NCBI GenBank assembly: GCA_964199315.1
Contig: OZ116698.1
Coordinates: 23,374,001-23,438,000 of the forward strand
Source: Orbicella franksi
Lineage: Eukaryota
Length of the DNA stretch: 64,000 nt
Direction of reading: 5' to 3'
The notes under the pieces were generated by a model that worked only from the letters and a program-made list of their open reading frames with translations, made no database searches and was not told the origin of the DNA. Made by a program: the position numbers and the translations under genes. Below are positions 61,383 to 64,000 of this stretch, one piece after another (position 1 is the stretch's first letter; the number at the start of each line of letters is the position of its first letter).

Positions 61383-63987
61383 CCAAAAAATTACTCAATA
61401 ACTCTATTAATAGTTAGGTTTAAAAGCCCAGGATATGCAGCTAACTAAAATAGAAATTACCAACCTTTAAATTTATCTACGGTAGTTACAATTTGAAGAT
61501 CTTTAACATTGTATTCCAATACCTCTTTGATGCACATGGAACTAGCAGGTATGTAAACAGAGTATTGAACTGACCAGTGTGTTGTGTGGGTGTTGTTCAT
61601 TTGCAAATAAAGTGGCTTGCTTGTCACATTTTCCATACAATTCATTATTCATTATTCATTATTCATTAATGTAATTTCATGCGTACAGACATAAAACAAA
61701 AAGAGCCAACATTTTGTTCAAAATTGCCTTAAAAAGTAAATTTTCGCAATTATTATTGTCAAATTCAAAAACGGACAATGAAATTTCAAAAACCCATGCA
61801 GAAAATAGACCAAAATATATTTCAATTAGAAATAATATATGAAATGCTCTTTATCCAAGAAAAGAAACCTAAACTGAACACTCAATCCGTCTCAATCAAA
61901 GCAAAACTATTTTGTTCTTAATTAATACTCTCTACGTTCCACATTGTAGTGTTTTTAATCAGATGCAACAAGACTTTCACATGCATTCTTAGTATATAAA
62001 GAACTCACAAGAATCTGACTTTTAGTTTTACGAATTTGAAAATGATAAATCAGTCATCAAAAGGTCATTCAAAATTATTATCGCCAATTTTTATTCTTAA
62101 TTGTTTGTCCAAAACCTCCAGTACTAGAAAATACAGTCAAAACTTATTTACCATTTTATTTATTTTTTACTCGTGTACAGACATTTTGAGTGCTTATCAA
62201 AAATTCTCATTTTTAAATTCTAGGATGCTGTTAAAGGCAAAGCTAAAAATATTCCTATCGAGTTATAACGACAATTTATTTCAGCTCCTAAAAAGAAATT
62301 GAAGTTACACTTTTTTAAAATAGGTACAGGCATTTTGGTGTACCACTAAAGAAGTCAGACAGCAGGATATAACCATTACAGTGTTTGATTTTACAGAGGC
62401 CACTTATTTGCTCATGAAAACTTAGTTTCTCGTTCTCACAAGATTCCTATTGAGCTGCTTTATGGTGAAATCTGTTCACTTCCATTGGTTTTCCTCGGAA
62501 AAGGTAAATTGAGTTTGGAGTTGAAAAACAATATCTTTTGCCAACATCAACATAACAAACCTTTTAAGGTTCTCTTCATTTTTGTCTGATTTTGAAAAAA
62601 ATATACATGTATGTTGTACTTAAATACTGTTGCCAAAATGCTAAACTATTTGCTTTCTTGAGAAAATTTTTTCCTGTGTTTACTTTCAAAAATAAAATAA
62701 ATAATTTTTCTAATCCAAATAGACTTGTTTTGGGAAAGTAGCTGCTCAATAGGAAACTTGTATTCAAGAAAATATTGTACTTGTGTTTTTTTTTTTATTT
62801 TTTATTTTTTATAGTTTCAACGTGCATCATGCTCTAAAACGATTGGCTTATTCAGTTCTCACTGATCACAATTATTTTCTTTGGGTGAGCAATATTTTCA
62901 TTTTTGTCACTGAGTTTTTTTTTTTTTTGTTTTGCTCAGATCAATGGCATGATGTTACTTGAAACTATGGCATTGTTTTTTTAACACCTTTGAACAAAGG
63001 AAGCTTCCTAAAACTACCCTTTTGTGGTAATGCAAGTAAATTTGATTGGCTGATCAAGAAATTATTAATTGAATGTTGTACCAATCTTCTGGTCTTCACA
63101 AATTTATTCAATTTACTGAAGTGTTAATAGTTACACAATATTATTATTTATTACTCGATCAGTATTACAAAAAATTCTGAGCTACATTTTCCAAAATAAT
63201 GCATTTAAAGTATATTCAATTGTAGGATTAAGAAATTATGAAATCAATGCTACATCAATCTGTAGGATTTCACAAATTTATATAACTAACATGCATTTAT
63301 TGTCATACAAAATGTTTATTTCTTACTCGATCAGTTTTTAGAAAACGATTTTTTTTCTAAGATAATTTCTTTGCCTTCTTTGTTTAAAGGTGCCACAGCA
63401 AGCTCATTAGCACAGAAGTAAACAATTACTAATTAACTCAGCTAAGAAAACACTACAAATTTTGGTGTCATAAGGTCTTTACATTAGCATTGTCACTAAC
63501 GTGATAAAGATAGGCCAAACGTGGGTATAGTCAGAAGAACAGGGGTGTAGAACAGACCCTTCAGATCTAGTGGGCGTTCCAAGCCAGTCATAATATTGGT
63601 ATCATAGTACACACTGCACATGTATAATAGAGAGAATATTAACCCTTATGGTGATTCTCGTTAGGGTTTCGATGCAGTAGTTTTCAGTAGTTCAAAACCA
63701 CTTAGGGAATCGGGCATTTTAATCTTACTTTTCTCCAGAAAGTGTTAACTAAGGCAGATTGAGTATGTCTAAGTATTATTACTACTTAAGTACAATTCAA
63801 TAGCAGAACTAGTTAGTTAGGGTATAATTTTTTTTTTAACTCAAGTGAATAGTTTTTTTTTTACTGTGCTAATGAGCTTGTTAGCTTTTTCTTTGTGGAT
63901 TTGATATTTTCCACTGAGCTTAGTATATTTCAGATTATTTTCAGGAATTGAGATGGCCCATACACCCACACACAACTCAAATGGTCA
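55901..63987 (+). CDS. Exons of an unidentified spliced gene; 5' end unresolved, continues beyond the window
   Basis: Four consecutive phase-compatible GT-AG exons 61220-61331, 61454-61548, 62397-62503, 63390-63417 read YLCTRGFAVSFAAVILVYEQIGEKLYFEDLFFNHTMS|KLPTFKFIYGSYNLKIFNIVFQYLFDAHGTSR|GHLFAHENLVSRSHKIPIELLYGEICSLPLVFLGK|GATASSLAQ. Further candidates: 55901-55960 (VAECEEVNKTESELSSKLKQ), 57989-58044 (IRFRESLRGLSLTNLRDI), ~63934-63983. Protein not recognised. Confidence 0.55.
57435..57865. mobile_element. MITE with poly-G/poly-C termini
   Basis: ggggggacttccatatgaaaagg..gggatgcttgtc at the left end is the inverse of gacaaccagcatccccgaccttttcatatagaagcccccc at the right end. Confidence 0.75.
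58195..58262 (-). pseudogene. Degenerate tRNA-like sequence (tRNA pseudogene or SINE head)
   Basis: The - strand reads gctcagtgtgataagcgctgactcgccatgcgagacattgggagtttgaatcctagtggtgact, then T-rich: A-box-like, B-box-like, with a collapsed anticodon loop. Confidence 0.45.
58500..60080 (-). mobile_element. Decayed L1/Tx1-clade LINE ORF2 fragment, interrupted at 58881-59329
   Basis: Minus-strand pieces QEVKISQFADDTAII...FGTVSGLKLNKKKTKAMWL, QPLAEGGLPFVNFPAVVKSLRLAWISR, IQDTLNADGNFVTFEEFQNK...FQLMAAIP and FSFIYHSTRDNKL...HRILVTN; many stops and frameshifts. Ends approximate. Confidence 0.85.
58895..59315. mobile_element. tRNA-SINE-derived insertion with an internal inversion, flanked by a 14-bp TSD
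   Basis: CAAGGATACTGTAG at 58881-58894 and 59316-59329; 129-bp inverted arms 59047-59175 / 59189-59317; tRNA-like A/B boxes (tagctcagtgg...gggttcgattcc). Confidence 0.85.
60900..61095 (+). repeat. 96-bp direct tandem duplication containing a SINE central motif
   Basis: Two copies starting at 60900 and 60996, each with gggtttttctccgggtactccggtttccc...aaaccaatatttccaaatt. Confidence 0.85.
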
Positions 63988-64000
63988 GATTTAAATCTAG

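Overview
AT-rich eukaryotic genomic DNA with spliceosomal GT-AG introns and many small non-autonomous repeats. The repeat types and gene content look like a stony coral or other anthozoan; this is an inference, not a database match. Left to right on the + strand: (1) an apparently complete 19-exon STRA6-like membrane receptor gene (~2.8-13.7 kb, ~655 aa). (2) A tandem pair of 2-exon GH18 chitinase genes. The first is intact. The second carries three frameshifts, a nonsense codon and a 138-bp internal duplication whose second copy matches the first gene. Both end in a small 6-Cys module that is not CBM14-spaced, and a decayed L2/CR1-type LINE lies between them. (3) A 20-exon gene (27.7-48.9 kb, ~3026 aa) for a secreted ADAMTSL5-like protein: TSP1/Cys-rich/spacer, 2 more TSP1 repeats, a ~2095-aa Ser/Thr-rich stalk from one 6.3-kb exon, then three NTR domains. 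Its introns include a ~400-bp-arm foldback carrying hammerhead-like cores. (4) A 10-unit, ~290-bp tandem array of tRNA-like units, each followed by oligo-T. (5) Phase-compatible exons of an unidentified gene that runs off the right edge. One of its introns holds a decayed L1/Tx1 element, interrupted by an inverted SINE-derived insertion with a 14-bp target-site duplication. All gene models were built by hand from splice signals and reading phase; none was checked against transcripts.
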